From positions 141,485 through 205,484 of the forward strand of contig NIVC01002093.1 of NCBI GenBank assembly GCA_002269645.1: 64,000 nucleotides of DNA, in the 5' to 3' direction. Position numbers and translations under genes: made by a program. The DNA comes from Macrostomum lignano. Its lineage: Eukaryota. The notes under the pieces were generated by a model that had not been told where the DNA came from, searched no databases, and was given only the letters and a program-made list of their open reading frames with translations. Below are positions 1-12,900 of this stretch, piece by piece (the first letter of the stretch is position 1; every line of letters begins with the position of its first letter).

Positions 1-817
1 GAGTTCCACGACGTTGTGCTTGCGATGTGCTGGCGCATTGTCGTGCAGCAGGATCACGCCAGATTCCAGCAGATCAGGGCGCTTCTTTCGTATTGCTGGG
101 CGCAGCTTCTCCTGCAGAATCCACTTGTAGTAGTCCCCATTGACGGTGGTTCCTTGTGGGACTGCCCAGTTCAGCAGGATTCCTTGGGAATCAAAAAACA
201 TGACGTGCATGATCTTCATCGCGCCCTGCTTCCTGATGGCCTTCTGAGGTCTTGGAGAATGTGCTGGAAGCCATTCGGCAGACTGGGCCTTTGTCTCAGG
301 ATCCCAGCTGTAAACCCACGTCTCGTCTCCAGCTACAATTCTTGATAGAAAATCCTCCCCTTCTCGATGGAACCGACGCAGGTGGCTGCTTGAAGCCACA
401 GTTCGCTGCATCTTTTGCTCACCTGTCAGCAGGTGTGGCACCCACTTGCAAAACTTTTTTCTGCAGGTGAAGACGCTCCGTCAGAATGGTGTGGACGCTT
501 CCTACTGACACACCAACGTCTTCTGCCAACTCTTCGCAAGTCCGTCGCCGATCATCATCCAGGAGCTCTTGCACTTTCTTCACAACAGTCTCGTTGGTTG
601 CAGTCATCGGCCTTCCAGAGCGATCATTGTCCTCAACGCTCTCTCTTCCCTCAGCGAACAGCCGGTACCATTTTCGAACTGTCTGCTCAGTTGGTGCACA
701 TTTGCCAAGCACTTGCTGAAGCTCCCTAAACATATCCGGTGGCTTTTTTCCTTGCAGAAACTGAAACTTCATCAAGCTTCGAACGTCTTGCTTTGAAAAT
801 GATTCAGCCATGGCCAA
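1..817 (-). pseudogene. Mariner transposase with one frameshift
   Basis: HTH region in ORF 419-817. After a frameshift at about 448-458 the frame reads WVPHLL (427-444), GDETW (316-330) and HDNAPAH (25-45) with no stops to the window edge. The third catalytic Asp would lie outside the window. Confidence 0.93.
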
Positions 818-997
818 GAAATTGAGTGGTAGCTGATAGAAATGTTCGCTGCTCTAACATAGTTGCAAACTGAGACTTAAAACCCTAGGAACGTTTAGGC
901 CATAGACATAACTTGGTGAAATCGCTAAAATTCTGTTTACAAGGCTTTTTAAAAATAAATGCCAAAGGACCGAAAAGAACTTTTTGAATACACCTCG
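1..997 (-). mobile_element. Tc1/mariner DNA transposon, 5' portion (runs off window start); terminal repeat resembles irritans/Hsmar2-type ends
   Basis: Minus strand starts TA|CGAGGTGTATTCAAAAAGTTC (TA at 998-999, terminus at 997), followed by a transposase frame. Confidence 0.9.
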
Positions 998-1241
998 TAT
1001 AGCTCGCAGCAGCAGCTCAAGAAATTGAAGTTTAGTCTATGGCCATAGACATATTGAGCTCTCACTGCGAGAAAAATACACTAATTAGATACGGAAAATA
1101 CAGTTTTTCGAATATTTAATCCCCTTAGCAATGAGCTAGAGCTCATTAAAATAGCCTAAAGCCTGCTCCGGAAAATTTGCAGTTTTCCCATATAAGTTTC
1201 AACACTGAGTTGCCACTATTCAAGGAGGAGTTGTCGAAATG

Positions 1242-1262
1242 ACACACACACACACACACACA

Positions 1263-1319
<57 letters not shown>
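1242..1319 (+). repeat. (CA)n microsatellite
   Basis: Direct reading of the sequence. Confidence 0.98.
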
Positions 1320-1324
<5 letters not shown>

Positions 1325-2421
1325 ACACGTGAACTTTAGTATATGCAGATATAAGATAAGAAAGAAGATAGATAGATAGAGAGACAGAGAGATAGCTTTA
1401 AAAGCAAGCAAAAATACCTTGAAATTAAATTGAATGAACTTACAAATGAACTATCATACGAATATTATACGTACGCACAAAGCAGACACAAACAAAACAT
1501 TCTTTGTTAATTTGTTTTTGCACCACTCACAAATCGAATGTGGGTAGTGCATTGAGGTAAGATGAACTTAGTATAGAAGAATAAGGGAATCATACCGCAA
1601 TGTTTTATGCACGACTTAGACTTGATTGATCAGTGGCTTAATTTTGTTCTATTAATTCTGCACTACTCAAAAAAGCACTCCAGGATTTGATATTGCACCA
1701 AATTTTGTCCCTGGAGTCTCGGAGGGGCTCCTCTCGTGACCGAGGTGCACTTATCTCCGAGCACTGCCACCTGAAACCTGCCACCTGCAGGCACGGTGGA
1801 CAGCGGCTATGCTAATTTCTCATATATCTCTATTCATCTAATTTTGAGAAACTTTGAAGTTTTTTGTCACAAAACCTAATGGAAATGAGAATGGAACCTA
1901 CGGAATCTGCCAATTTTACTATAGAATCTGCGAAGTTGACAACAGAATCTGCCAATTTCACTTGCTCCAACGAACCCCCACCCCAAAAAAGCTTTAAAAC
2001 GTTTTAACACTTGTTAATTATTATTTTATTTGTAATTTTTAACAGAAAATTAAACAAAATTGTTTTCCTAAACAAAATAGCCTAATATGGTGCCTAATGG
2101 TATGATATGGTGCCATATGGTATTATCTGGTGTTCTTCTCTGTGCTCCTCTTGAACTCGTCGCCGCATCTCTAATGCAGCCCGTCGCGCGTTTTCTGTTT
2201 GCGTGCACCGCCTGGCCTTTTTTGAGCGGTAATGGACCAGGTGGCCTAAGCGCCAGCGACGGCGGCGTTGGCGGCGTTGGTGGCGTCGGCGGCATCTCCG
2301 GCACCTGCGGGATAGGAGTCGGGGGCGTCTGCGGGATAGGGGGAGGCGGGGGCGGGGGCATCTGCGCGGGCATCTGTGGGAGAGCGTGCGGCGGGGGCGG
2401 GCGCTGCTGAAGGTCCAACAA

Positions 2422-3276
2422 CTCTTAGGGCCGCTCGCAGTTGGGCTACTGTTAACCGGTCGAGATCAGACATGGCGCCAGATGAAAAATCTTAGAGCTA
2501 AAAAAATTGAGCTCACGCAGGCAGCCAAAAAATGACAAGTCGCCTGTACTTCACAAATGCACAGTTGCTCGAATGACCTAATCGCATGACCACACTCACC
2601 TAGGCTCACTTTACAGGGCTGCGTCAGCATCTGGGTTCCCCCAACACTAACCGCGTGCACACGACATTGGTGGGAGGGGCGGGAATCCCTCGCCGGATGT
2701 ACACTCGCTGGAGGCCCACCCTGCTGGATGTACACTCGCTGGAGGCCCACCCCGCTGGAGGTACACTCGCTGGAGGCCCACCCTGCTGGAGGTACACTCG
2801 CTGGACGCCCACCCTGCCGGATGTACACTTGCTGGAGGCCCACCCCGCTGGAGGTACACCTGGACCCCGCTGGAGGTACACCTGGACCCCGCTGGAGGTA
2901 CACCCCGGGGGAGGTGGTACACCCCGAGGGAGCAGCTTGCCGCGTCGGTGCTAGAGGCCGACATCAGCCCGACGGACCTTCGCAAAATGACCCTATCTGC
3001 CAGTTTATAGTAGTTTTGTCAAAGAGAAATTAATTATTATTTTATTTGTTATTGAGTATTTATGGAAATTAGCTCGTATTATAGTTTCAGAAATCAATTT
3101 TTTTCTTTAAAAAAAAGGTTTATTTAATTTTATTTTTAACAGAAAATTTTTTTTTGTCCTCCTGCCGCCTCCTTTCTGCCGCCTCTGCCGCCGCGTCCGC
3201 CCGTGGTGCTCGTGAGTCCTTGTCGTTACTCCTGAAATGTTGGTTTACTAAAAGATTATACATTCTGTAACATAAT
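2422..3276. repeat. Segmental duplicate, copy 1 (copy 2 at 6610-7391)
   Basis: Near-identical from CTCTTAGGGCCGCTCG to CTGTAACATAAT. Contains the first 17 codons of the SAP ORF and a 32-bp minisatellite. Confidence 0.92.
2695..2905 (+). repeat. About 32-bp minisatellite (GGATGTACACTCGCTGGAGGCCCACCCTGCT-like); second array at 6889-7110
   Basis: Tandem units visible directly. Confidence 0.9.
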
Positions 3277-3756
3277 CAAAATGATCAAAATTTCTTTGGC
3301 CGCGGCCATGGCCCCCTTGCCCCCCCCCCTCTGGATCTGCCCCTGGTGTCAGACAATGTATTTTCGATGGGGAAAAACAAGAAAGGGTTTGCCATAAAAA
3401 ACTATGAGAAACTGTTAAGGTGGACGCCGAAAAAGCGGGCAACCTCAATAAACAACCCACCTCAAAGAGCGCTCAATCTTACTCTCCCCAGTTAATGGCT
3501 CAGCCAATGACGAACGAGTTACACACAGATTCTCGCGGGACCCCTCGCGAGATCTCGCGAGAATTGAGCCTTTCCTCGCGAACCCAACTGTAGATGGTTT
3601 CATGCTCATTCCATGGATGGCAGAATAGCCATACATGATCATCGATGTATTACTTTCCATACATGGACATGTATGATTGTTAATTCTTGCTGTATATACT
3701 ACTCGTTAAGGCACATTTGAGTTTTAAAGAAATAACCAAAAGAACTATAGCTCAAA

Positions 3757-4150
3757 CTAGCCATTTAGCCCCCTCCGGGTGGCTTCTTAGCAGTTTAGCG
3801 CTTGTCTATAAGCAGTTTTGCACAGTCGCTGAGCAAATCTCACTAATATTCGAGAAGTTCTGCAGTAGCAAATCTCTAAGCAGTTGTACACCAATTTTAC
3901 TGAGAGCTAAAAATTTCTAAAAAGTTACATTTCTTAATGTTTGAAACTTTGCAATGTCAATTCATTTATAGTTCTTTTATGATTATTCGTTATTTTCAAA
4001 TCCTCACCAGATTAGCACTATTCTCCCACATTAGCCATACACCCCCAGATTAGCCCCACTTCCCCCAGATTAGCACTACTCCCCCCATATTAGCCGCACA
4101 CCCCCAGATTAGCCCCACTCTCCCCAGATTAGCACTCAGCCCAGATTAGT
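3757..4150 (-). mobile_element. Non-autonomous Helitron 3' fragment (inverted copy of about 31150-31506)
   Basis: Minus strand ends GCCACCCGGAGGGGGCTAAATGGCTAG|T and includes 17-bp CTAATCTGGG-type repeats. Confidence 0.85.
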
Positions 4151-4481
4151 GTATGCCTTAGGTATTGCCTACTAGCTCTATGAAAGTATGAAGTTGCTAA
4201 GCTGCTAAATTTAATAAGACTGAATTGGGATAAAACTGCCGATATGTATTAAAAATTGATTAGTGAACTGTATTAAATGCTGAGAGAAAAAAGATTCTTG
4301 AAAGGATCCTTTATTTCAGTTTGCTAAATATACTGAGGAGCCCGCCGAGAGGAGAACTGCAGACTGCTGAGGGGAACTGCAGATTGGCGAAAGGATCATT
4401 CATGCAGACTGCAAAGGGACAAACTGAAAACTGCTTAGGTAGTTCTTTCAGACTTAATTAAGTTCTAGGCTGCTGAGGATA

Positions 4482-5893
4482 GTGGCGCCGCCGCGTCATC
4501 AACTGCCGCACCATTACGCCGCTGGCTCTGCGGTCCGACCATCGGCTGCTCATCTGCGACCTTCGGCTTCGGGACCCGCTCTACCGTCCGCCAAAGCGGC
4601 CACCGCGGCGCTACTACCGCGCGCTCAGGGACGCCGAGACGCGACGTCGCTTTGCCGGTGCCTTTGTCACTGCGCTGGGCGACAAGCGTGGAGGAGCCGA
4701 GTACGCGGAGGTGAGCGCTGCAGTTCGAGCCGCTGCGGAGCAAGCAGTCCCGCTGATGCGACCGGCCCAGCGCGGGCAGCCGGTCTGGCAGGACGACCCC
4801 GCGATCGACGAAGCGAGGGAAGATCTGGAGAGGCTCCGTCTGAGTGGGCGGCAAACTCGCGAGGCGGAGGAGGCTCTGGCGGCTGTCTACCTGCAGCGGC
4901 AGCAGTCCGCTGTCGATGACGCCATCTAAGCCGTCTCTGCCGCAGGGCCCGATGCCAGAGGGCGCGTGGCCTGGTCCGTCATCAACACTCTAACGGGGCG
5001 AAAGCGGCGCATCGCGCTCAACCTGGCAGGCGACACTCCGGATGAGCGCAGGAACAAGCTGCGCGAGTTCTTCGCCGCCATTGTCAACGCGCCGCCCCTC
5101 CGCTTCCAGAAAATCTGAGGCTGCCGCCGGAGACGCCGTTGCCGGCGGAGGAGAGCTTCAACGTTGCCCCAGTCAGCACAGCCGACGTTGTGAAGTTCGC
5201 TCGGCAGTCGCCGGGCGGCAAAGCGCTTGGTCCGGACGAGGTGCCCACCGAGGCGCTGCAAATCCACTGCGTGGCCACTGAGGTTGCCAGAGTGATGAAC
5301 CGCGTGCTTTCCGGTGAGGTGGCGCCAAACGAATGGACCACGGCGCACATCGTCGCCATTCCAAAGAAGCCGGGCACCACCAAGCTCGAGGAGCATCGAG
5401 GCATCTGCCTACAGTCCTGCGCCGCGAAGCTGTTCAACCGCATGCTGCTATCGCGGTTACAGCCTGTGCTGGACCCGTACCTGCGGCCTGAGCAGAACGG
5501 ATTCCGGCCCCATCGCGGCACGGTGACGCAGATCCTGGCTCTTCGGCGAGTCATCGAGGAGGCGCGCATCCGCCAGTTGACCCTGATCCTGATCTTCGTC
5601 GATTTCAGGAAGGCTTTCGACTCGGTCGTGAGGGACGCGCTCCCAGAGGTGCTCCGTGCGTACAACGTGCCAGAGCTGCTGATTTCTGCTGTCATGGCGC
5701 TGTACCACGGCACGACGGCGGCTGTCTCAACACCGGACGGCCTATCAGATTTCTTCGAGACATCCTCCGGGGTGCTCCAGGGAGATACGCTAGCGCCGTT
5801 CCTATTTATTCTGGTGCTTGACTAGGTGCTACGGACTGCTCTGCCTTCCAACGACAACGGCTTCCTGCTGCGGCGACGCGTGGGTCGTGGGTC
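4482..5893 (+). mobile_element. Decayed RTE-like non-LTR retrotransposon fragment (end of APE endonuclease, linker, RT N-terminal half)
   Basis: Frame from 4483 reads WRRRVINCRTITPLALRSDHRLL (SDH endonuclease motif). Stop at 4927-4929, frameshift at about 5098, then KALGPD...FVDFRKAFDSV...GVLQGDTLAPFLF, stop at 5823-5825. Truncated before YADD. Confidence 0.88.
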
Positions 5894-6661
5894 TGGGCTG
5901 TCCCAGTCTCTTTGCCGCTCGTGCTGTAACAGACGCATGTCCTGATCGTATCGTAGGACGACATTCCAATCGTAGTCTGCTTCCATGAGCTCGCCGATAT
6001 GTATGTTGAAATAGAGATAAGCCTTCAAGCGCCGCACATCGATGCTTCCATCGCTTCCTTTTGAGACGAACTGGTTGGACTCAAGCAGCTGCTGCATTAT
6101 TCTGGCGTTAGCAGCGATCCATTGCCCAGTGCTGATGCTGTCAAGACTGGGCGCACTGCTCTTCGCCGCGCCCCGGTCGCGATCATGCGGCAGCCAAGCC
6201 ATCTGCTCCCGTCTGCCATCCACGAAGTTTGGGATGAGCAGAGGGCGTCGTGCCGGCCGCGCCTCCGCCGAAAGCGAGCCAAAAAGTGCCGAAATCAGGT
6301 CGACCTCTCCAGCTGTGGCGGCGGCATGCAGACCGATTTCCTGCCGGAGTTGCGCCTCTCGCTTCTTCAGTTCTAGCAGCTCGATCCGCGACCGAGCTTG
6401 CTGAATTTCGCTGTCAAGTCGGCTCACTTGGGCGATGTTGGCGGTGTCAACATTATCCGATTCTTCCCCGCTCAGCAGCTGATTCATCGCAGCATCTGCT
6501 TCGTCCCCTTCTGCATCATCTGGGACTTCGGCGTCACCTGGCTGTGGTGGAGCAGCTTGAAGCCGCTCAATAAGCTCTTGCTTGTTTCCCGAAACCGGTA
6601 GGCCATTGTCTCTTAGGGCCGCTCGCAGTTGGGCTACTGTTAACCGGTCGAGATCAGACAT
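5880..6661 (-). pseudogene. SAP-domain gag-like ORF of a DIRS/Ngaro-type retroelement, 3'-truncated
   Basis: N-terminal LTVAQLRAALRDNGLPVSGNKQELIERL matches the SAP consensus. Followed by a coiled coil, LLIPNFV, QWIAANARIM and YDWNVVLRYDQDMRLLQ...W, resembling the W..VL.YD...R motif of DIRS-like gags. RT and recombinase are absent. Confidence 0.65.
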
Positions 6662-7391
6662 GGTGCCAGATGAAAAATCTTAGAGCTAAAAAAATTGAGC
6701 TCACGCAGGCAGCCAAAAAATGACAAGTCGCCTGTACGAGTACTTCACAAATGCACAGTTGCTCGAATGACCTAATCGCATGACCACACTCACCTAGGCT
6801 CACTTTACAGGGCTGCGTCAGCATCTGGGTTCCCCCAACACTAACCGCGTGCACACGACATTGGTGGGAGGGGCGGGAATCCCTCGCCGGATGTACACTC
6901 GCTGGAGGCCCACCCTGCTGGATGTACACTCGCTGGAGGCCCACCCCGCTGGAGGTACACTCGCTGGAGGCCCACCCTGCTGGAGGTACACTCGCTGGAC
7001 GCCCACCCTGCCGGATGTACACTTGCTGGAGGCCCACCCCGCTGGAGGTACACCTGGACCCCGCTGGAGGTACACTCACTGGACGCCCACCCCGCTGGAG
7101 GTACACCCCGGGGGAGGTGGTACACCCCGAGGGAGCAGCTTGCCGCGTCGGTGCTAGAGGCCGACATCAGCCCGACGGACCTTCGCAAAACGACCCTATC
7201 TGCCAGTTTATAGTAGTTTTGTCAAAGAGAAATTAATTATTATTTTATTTGTTATTTTTAACAGAAAATTTTTTGTCCATTTTTTTCTTCCTGCCGCCTC
7301 TGCCGCCGCGTCCGCCCGTGGTGCTCACGAGTCCTTGTCGTTACTCCTGAAATGTTGGTTTACTAAAAGATTATAAATTCTGTAACATAAT
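6610..7391. repeat. Segmental duplicate, copy 2 (of 2422-3276)
   Basis: Visual alignment with only small indels. Confidence 0.92.
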
Positions 7392-7786
7392 ATATGATTA
7401 CATCATAATTGCTATAAGCTAAAGCTGATGTCTTGCTAATTGGGAGTCTGCTTTTGGGGTTTGTTTGCCTCATAAAAAAAGAAATACAAACTGAATATGT
7501 CAGTTTCAAGGTGCCGGGTTGAATCACTCATAATGACCAATGGGTTTGTATTTTGCGTTTTTTTCGAAAGTCCGGTACCCTGAGCCAATCGGAGAGACTG
7601 ACAAGTATGGACTTTCCGCAAGGCACGCGTTGCCCCCCCCTCCCCCAGAGACCTGTGAGAATGCCAGAAAACAACTCGTAGTTGCACAGCGCGTATTTAA
7701 GTTGCGGGTTTACCTTGCACTTCCGCTTGGCAGCCCGGGCCTCCCTCGCCGGCTGCGTTTGCAGCCGTCGCTTCTCCTTCTGCGTC

Positions 7787-8300
7787 AGCGGCGGCGGCGG
7801 CGGCGGGGGTGTCGGCGGCGGTGGCGGAGATGTCGGCGGCGGCGGCGGGGGTGTCGGCGGCGGCAGCGAAGGTGTCAGCGGCGGTGGCGGAGATGTCGGC
7901 GGCGGTGGCGGAGGTGTCAGCGGATGCGGAGGTGTCGGCGAATGCGGCGGCGGTGGCGGAGGTGTCGGCGGCGGTGGCGGAGTTGTCAGCGGCGGTGGCG
8001 GAGGTGTCGGCGGCGGTGGCGGAGATGCTGGCGGCGGCAGCGGAGGTGTCGGCGGATGCGGAGGTGTCGGCGGATGCGGAGGTGTCGGCGAATGCGGCGG
8101 CGGTGGCGGAGGTGTCGGCGGCGGTGGCGGAGATGTCGGCGGCGGAGGTGTCGGCGGCGGTGGCGGAGATGTCGGCGGCGGCAGCGGAGGTGTCGGCGGA
8201 TGCGGAGGTGTTGCTGCTGCTGCGGCGGCTGGTGCTGCTGCTGCTGCGGCTGGTGTTGCTGCTGCTGCTGCTGCTGCTCCGGCGCCGGCGGTCGCGGCGG
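7787..8300. repeat. GGC/GGT-rich imperfect trinucleotide tract (related shorter tract at 2255-2405)
   Basis: Direct reading; produces the spurious poly-Gly, poly-Pro and poly-Ala ORFs. Confidence 0.9.
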
Positions 8301-8666
8301 CAGTGTGCAACAGTGCTTGCGCAAAAAAACTAATATGAATTTAGTTCATATGTTCATAATGTTCTAATGTTTATAAATTTAGAATGTCATAGCACGGGAA
8401 CCAAGGGAGATGATGGCATCGTGATTCCGAGGAAAGTGGAAGTTTATTTTTTTTAGTAAAGAGCGCTATTTGACAATTACTTGGAAATCGAAAATATTTG
8501 TACAAATTTTAGTTTCTTATATCACTTTAGTCACAGTTGCGTCTGATACATCCTACTTCTAAGTAAGAACAGTTAAAATCCTTAAATCTGTTCTAATGCA
8601 CATTGCCAGGCAATGGCAAAGAAAAAATTGCCAAACAATGAAAAATTAGCTTTCAGCAAAAACTTT

Positions 8667-8782
8667 CAGCATTTAAGCTCTCAGCATTTAAGCTCTCAGC
8701 ATTTAAGCTCTCAGCATTTAAGCTCTCAGCATTTAAGCTCTCAGCATTTAAGCTCTCAGCATTTAAGCTCTCAGCATTTAAG
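8667..8782 (+). repeat. 15-bp minisatellite (CAGCATTTAAGCTCT), about 8 copies
   Basis: Perfect tandem copies. Confidence 0.97.
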
Positions 8783-10233
8783 CCTTCTGGGCCTGCTTGC
8801 ATGTAATCTTCGACCTTCATTACGCTCGTAGATCGGTTGCTGCTGCTGCAAAGTTTGGATTTGGATTTGAATTTGGCTAACCGAATTCACACAGAAGTTC
8901 GAAGCTCGAAAAGCTGAAATGCCATAGATGATTTGCCACTTAGCCTTCGTGATAAGATATTCATTGGTTTAATAAGCAGCTTTGGCTACTACAAGTAGCA
9001 ATAACGAAACCTACTAGTATTCACAAAACACAAACTACACACAAAATAAACGTTTACAAAAACGAGTATTGTGATAAATACAATATGAATATATATTGCA
9101 TGCACGATAAGCAATTTTTAGGCCCTAGACAAACCTATTTTTGGAGCGTCAGAGATTTTAAAGCTATTGGCCCTAATTGCCTATCGCCGGTCGGCGAGTT
9201 CTACCAGTCTTTCTCCAATAGTCACAGCACGGTACAAGAAAAGGAAGAACGCAGATGAACAGGAACCGAATAGATTTAGAGAGTGATAATCCTATGTGAT
9301 ACAGACTGATAATTGGCTAGACGATTTAATTTGATTACTTCAAGTTACAAGCTTCAATGCAACTCGCGGCGCAGATAATTTCGAACTGATAATAGCGGAA
9401 AATGATAACGAGACAACGATTAATAATAATAACTTAGTTACGCAATGGCAAGCAGATCTCAGCTGAAGAAGAAAAACCGAACAGGACCACGGAGAAGACT
9501 CCTAACCCCTGGCCTAAACCAGAACCTACACTCAAACGAGAGCCCTGCCGAATTGATCGTTTAACGGAGCACTGACTAAATTCTATTAGCGCTGCCCTTC
9601 AGTGTGACACTGAGGCCCTCTGGGTCGAGGCCACGTACTTGGTCAAATCCGACAGTCTCTAACTAGACCGCGCTTAATAGCGACGACTGCAGACAGGAAA
9701 CTGCCGTATCGTTACGCTACAAGACTGAAGCGGTCGGGCAAGGGAACAAGGGCAAGGGTGCTGATTTTTTTTATATTTTTCGATAAATGGTTCACGAAAA
9801 CATATATTGGACTGCCGAGAAAACAATTGGACGACCGATCCAATTCTGGAGTCTTTACAGTAGAAACTCGAATACTTGAGTTTCGATTTTGCACGACAAA
9901 AAGTCCAAATAACTTTTCTGGACGACCTTCTGGCGCGCTGGGACCGGCGCCATTCGACTCGGGTTGCCGAAATCTATAAGAACATCTTGTTCGCATAGCG
10001 TGAAAGCCACTCTGCAAAAATGCCAAATTGCCGACTGCAAATTGTAATCCAGGTCCACTTCTCAAATTCACGCCAGACCAAGCTGCTCATGGTAAAGATT
10101 CTGCAAGTAGTCAGGTGCTCCCGCAACCTCCAACTAATCAAAACTACCCGAGCCGCTGAGCATTTTAGCATTGCACTGAGAGCTAAACTGGACTAGCTCT
10201 TTTTACAGTTTCTACAGTAAGGACTCCATTATA

Positions 10234-10324
10234 GGAGTTTCTACTGTAAGGACTCCAGTATTGGAGTTTCTACTGTAAGGACTCCAGTATTGGAGTTTCT
10301 ACTGTAAGGACTCCAGTATTGGAG
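10234..10324 (+). repeat. 29-bp tandem repeat (GGAGTTTCTACTGTAAGGACTCCAGTATT), about 3 copies
   Basis: Direct reading. Confidence 0.9.
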
Positions 10325-10922
10325 TCGTATTGGAGATTAATGTAGAAGTACATATGTACTGTGTACATATACAATTGGGGATAGTCATGTACAGCTACAA
10401 TTTGGGATTAATGTACATATACGAGTACATGAATTATTGTACATGGGATTAACATGTAGTATTGTTTCGAGTTGTACATGTAATCTTGGTACGCGCGCGG
10501 GCCGGCTGGGGAGGACACTGTTACATGTAGAAGTAGATTAATGAAGATCCCCAGGGCCGGAATCATGGCCAGATCATGGATGATCCATGCATGCACCCAT
10601 CCATGCATCATCCCTGATCATCTATGGACCGATCCATGTTCATAGATGGTTTCATGCTCATTCCATGGATGGCAGAATAGCCATACCTGATCATCGATGT
10701 ATTACTGGACATACATACATGGACATACATGTCATACATGGACATGTATGATTGTTAATTCTGGCTGTATATACTACTCGTTAAGGCACATTTGAGTTTT
10801 AAAGAAATAACCCAAAGAACTATAGCTCAAATTTCAGAACAAGACCTGCAACATACAAAGTACTACCACAATAATACTTCAGGCACTACTTTAAGGTATA
10901 ACTTAGAATCAACCATTGGCAC

Positions 10923-12055
<1,133 letters not shown>

Positions 12056-12900
12056 TCTAATCTAATATATCTAAAGTAGCAACCCCCCCTCCACCGGCCC
12101 TGTCTGTCTGTGGGTATGTAACAGGTTATCTCCCAAAAGGCTCAACCGATTTTCTCCGTTTCTTCGCCAAAAGATGTCAAATGTGCCCGGGACGGTACAT
12201 GTAATTTTATTAAGCTCTAGCTCAATGCTAAGGGGATTAAATATTCGAAAAACTGTTTTAAATGGCCTTTTTAGTGTATTTTTTTATCAGCCTGCGCGCA
12301 GCGAGAAACTTCACAGCCAATTTTAATGATTGCGCCAGAGCCAACTGATAAGAAAATTCACTTTGCCCCACTGCCCAGATAATTACTCTATTTAACTTGC
12401 GTAACCAATTAAGGGGGGGGGGTATAATAAAAATTCTGGATGCTTCCAATCCAATATACTAAAAATCAAAACTATGTACCTATAGGAACCTTCGTTTAAC
12501 TTGTCTGTGGGTATGGAACAGGTAATCTCGATAATGGCTAGATGAATTTTTTTCGGGTTTGAACCATCTGAAAGAAGAACATCTCAGGATCATTCGTGAG
12601 TTTGAAAATTGGAGAAATTCGATCGGGAAGTGGGTTAGTTTTTTGTTCAAAGACTGTACCCCCTGAGTTTAGCCATTTTCTGAACATTTTGGACACTTCT
12701 AGGCAATCTGCTGAATGCCTAGGTTAATATTTTGCTGCACATTTTATATCACTGGAAAGCTTGTCAGAAAAGGAATTCAATGGTACAAGTTTTAAAATTA
12801 GAACTTTTTGAATAAAATAATTATTGAAGTGTTAAGGCATTTTTTTGCGAAAAAATTAATTTACTTTGCACATTGGCCGTGTGTACCTACTGTACAATTC
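12056..12900 (+). mobile_element. Helitron-like 5' segment of a different family (TCTAATATATCTAAAGTAGC...)
   Basis: TC start, (TCTG)n, CAACCGATTTT motif; internal blocks shared with 19050-19250. Confidence 0.55.

Noticed and set aside
7528-8367. Long Pro-, Gly- and Ala-rich ORFs on both strands
   Set aside because: The GGC tract is stop-free in several frames by composition; no domain is recognisable.
9230-9721. Possible solo LTR (minus strand begins TGTAGCGTAACG at 9721)
   Set aside because: No matching far end, primer-binding site, polypurine tract or target-site duplication identified.
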